Assembly (NCBI GenBank): GCA_023260395.1
Contig: JALQVI010000004.1
Location: 1 to 52,339, forward strand
DNA: 52,339 nucleotides
Reading direction: 5' to 3'
DNA from: Candidatus Nanopelagicales bacterium
GTDB taxonomy: Bacteria; Actinomycetota; Actinomycetes; S36-B12; UBA5976
Part shown: in pieces, positions 52,041-52,339 of the stretch
Position numbering within the stretch: position 1 is the first letter of the stretch
Layout of the letters: each line of letters begins with the position of its first letter
Position numbers and translations under genes: made by a program
Notes under the pieces: generated by a model
Database searches by the model: none
Seen by the model: the letters and a program-made list of their open reading frames with translations, nothing else
Told to the model about the DNA's origin: nothing

Positions 52041-52339
<299 letters not shown>

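Overview
Core chromosomal segment of a compact, moderate-GC actinobacterium (freshwater Nanopelagicales-like by inference). Almost all genes are on the - strand, co-oriented with an rRNA operon whose 23S 3' end and 5S lie at the right edge. In transcription order: rrn, Cys-rich secreted protein, TPR protein with RGG/SYG repeats, short SSB, HAD-IIA, acidic protein, tlyA, nadK, recN, pyrG, Nudix, [XRE-cupin + EamA on +], ald, xerD, parA-like, scpA, scpB, rluB, aroH, tyrA, cmk, der, SHMT-fold aldolase, tRNA-Pro(GGG), livKHMGF, [DUF554 on +], GNAT, [PaaI on +], polA, rpsA, coaE, uvrB, 2x TerC, uvrA, uvrC, rapZ, yvcK, whiA, gap, pgk, tpiA, secG (partial). No mobile element or CRISPR array was seen. 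The most interesting observations are: an alpha-methylserine-aldolase-like enzyme sharing a candidate operator with a distant XRE-cupin/EamA islet next to ald; a possible CTP-sensing start-site switch at a leaderless pyrG; pervasive leaderless promoters, some built from upstream stop codons; a eukaryote-like Cys-rich repeat surface protein; an RGG/SYG-repeat disordered TPR protein; and an apparently chimeric 23S end. Family assignments rest on motif recognition and recalled sequences, not database searches.
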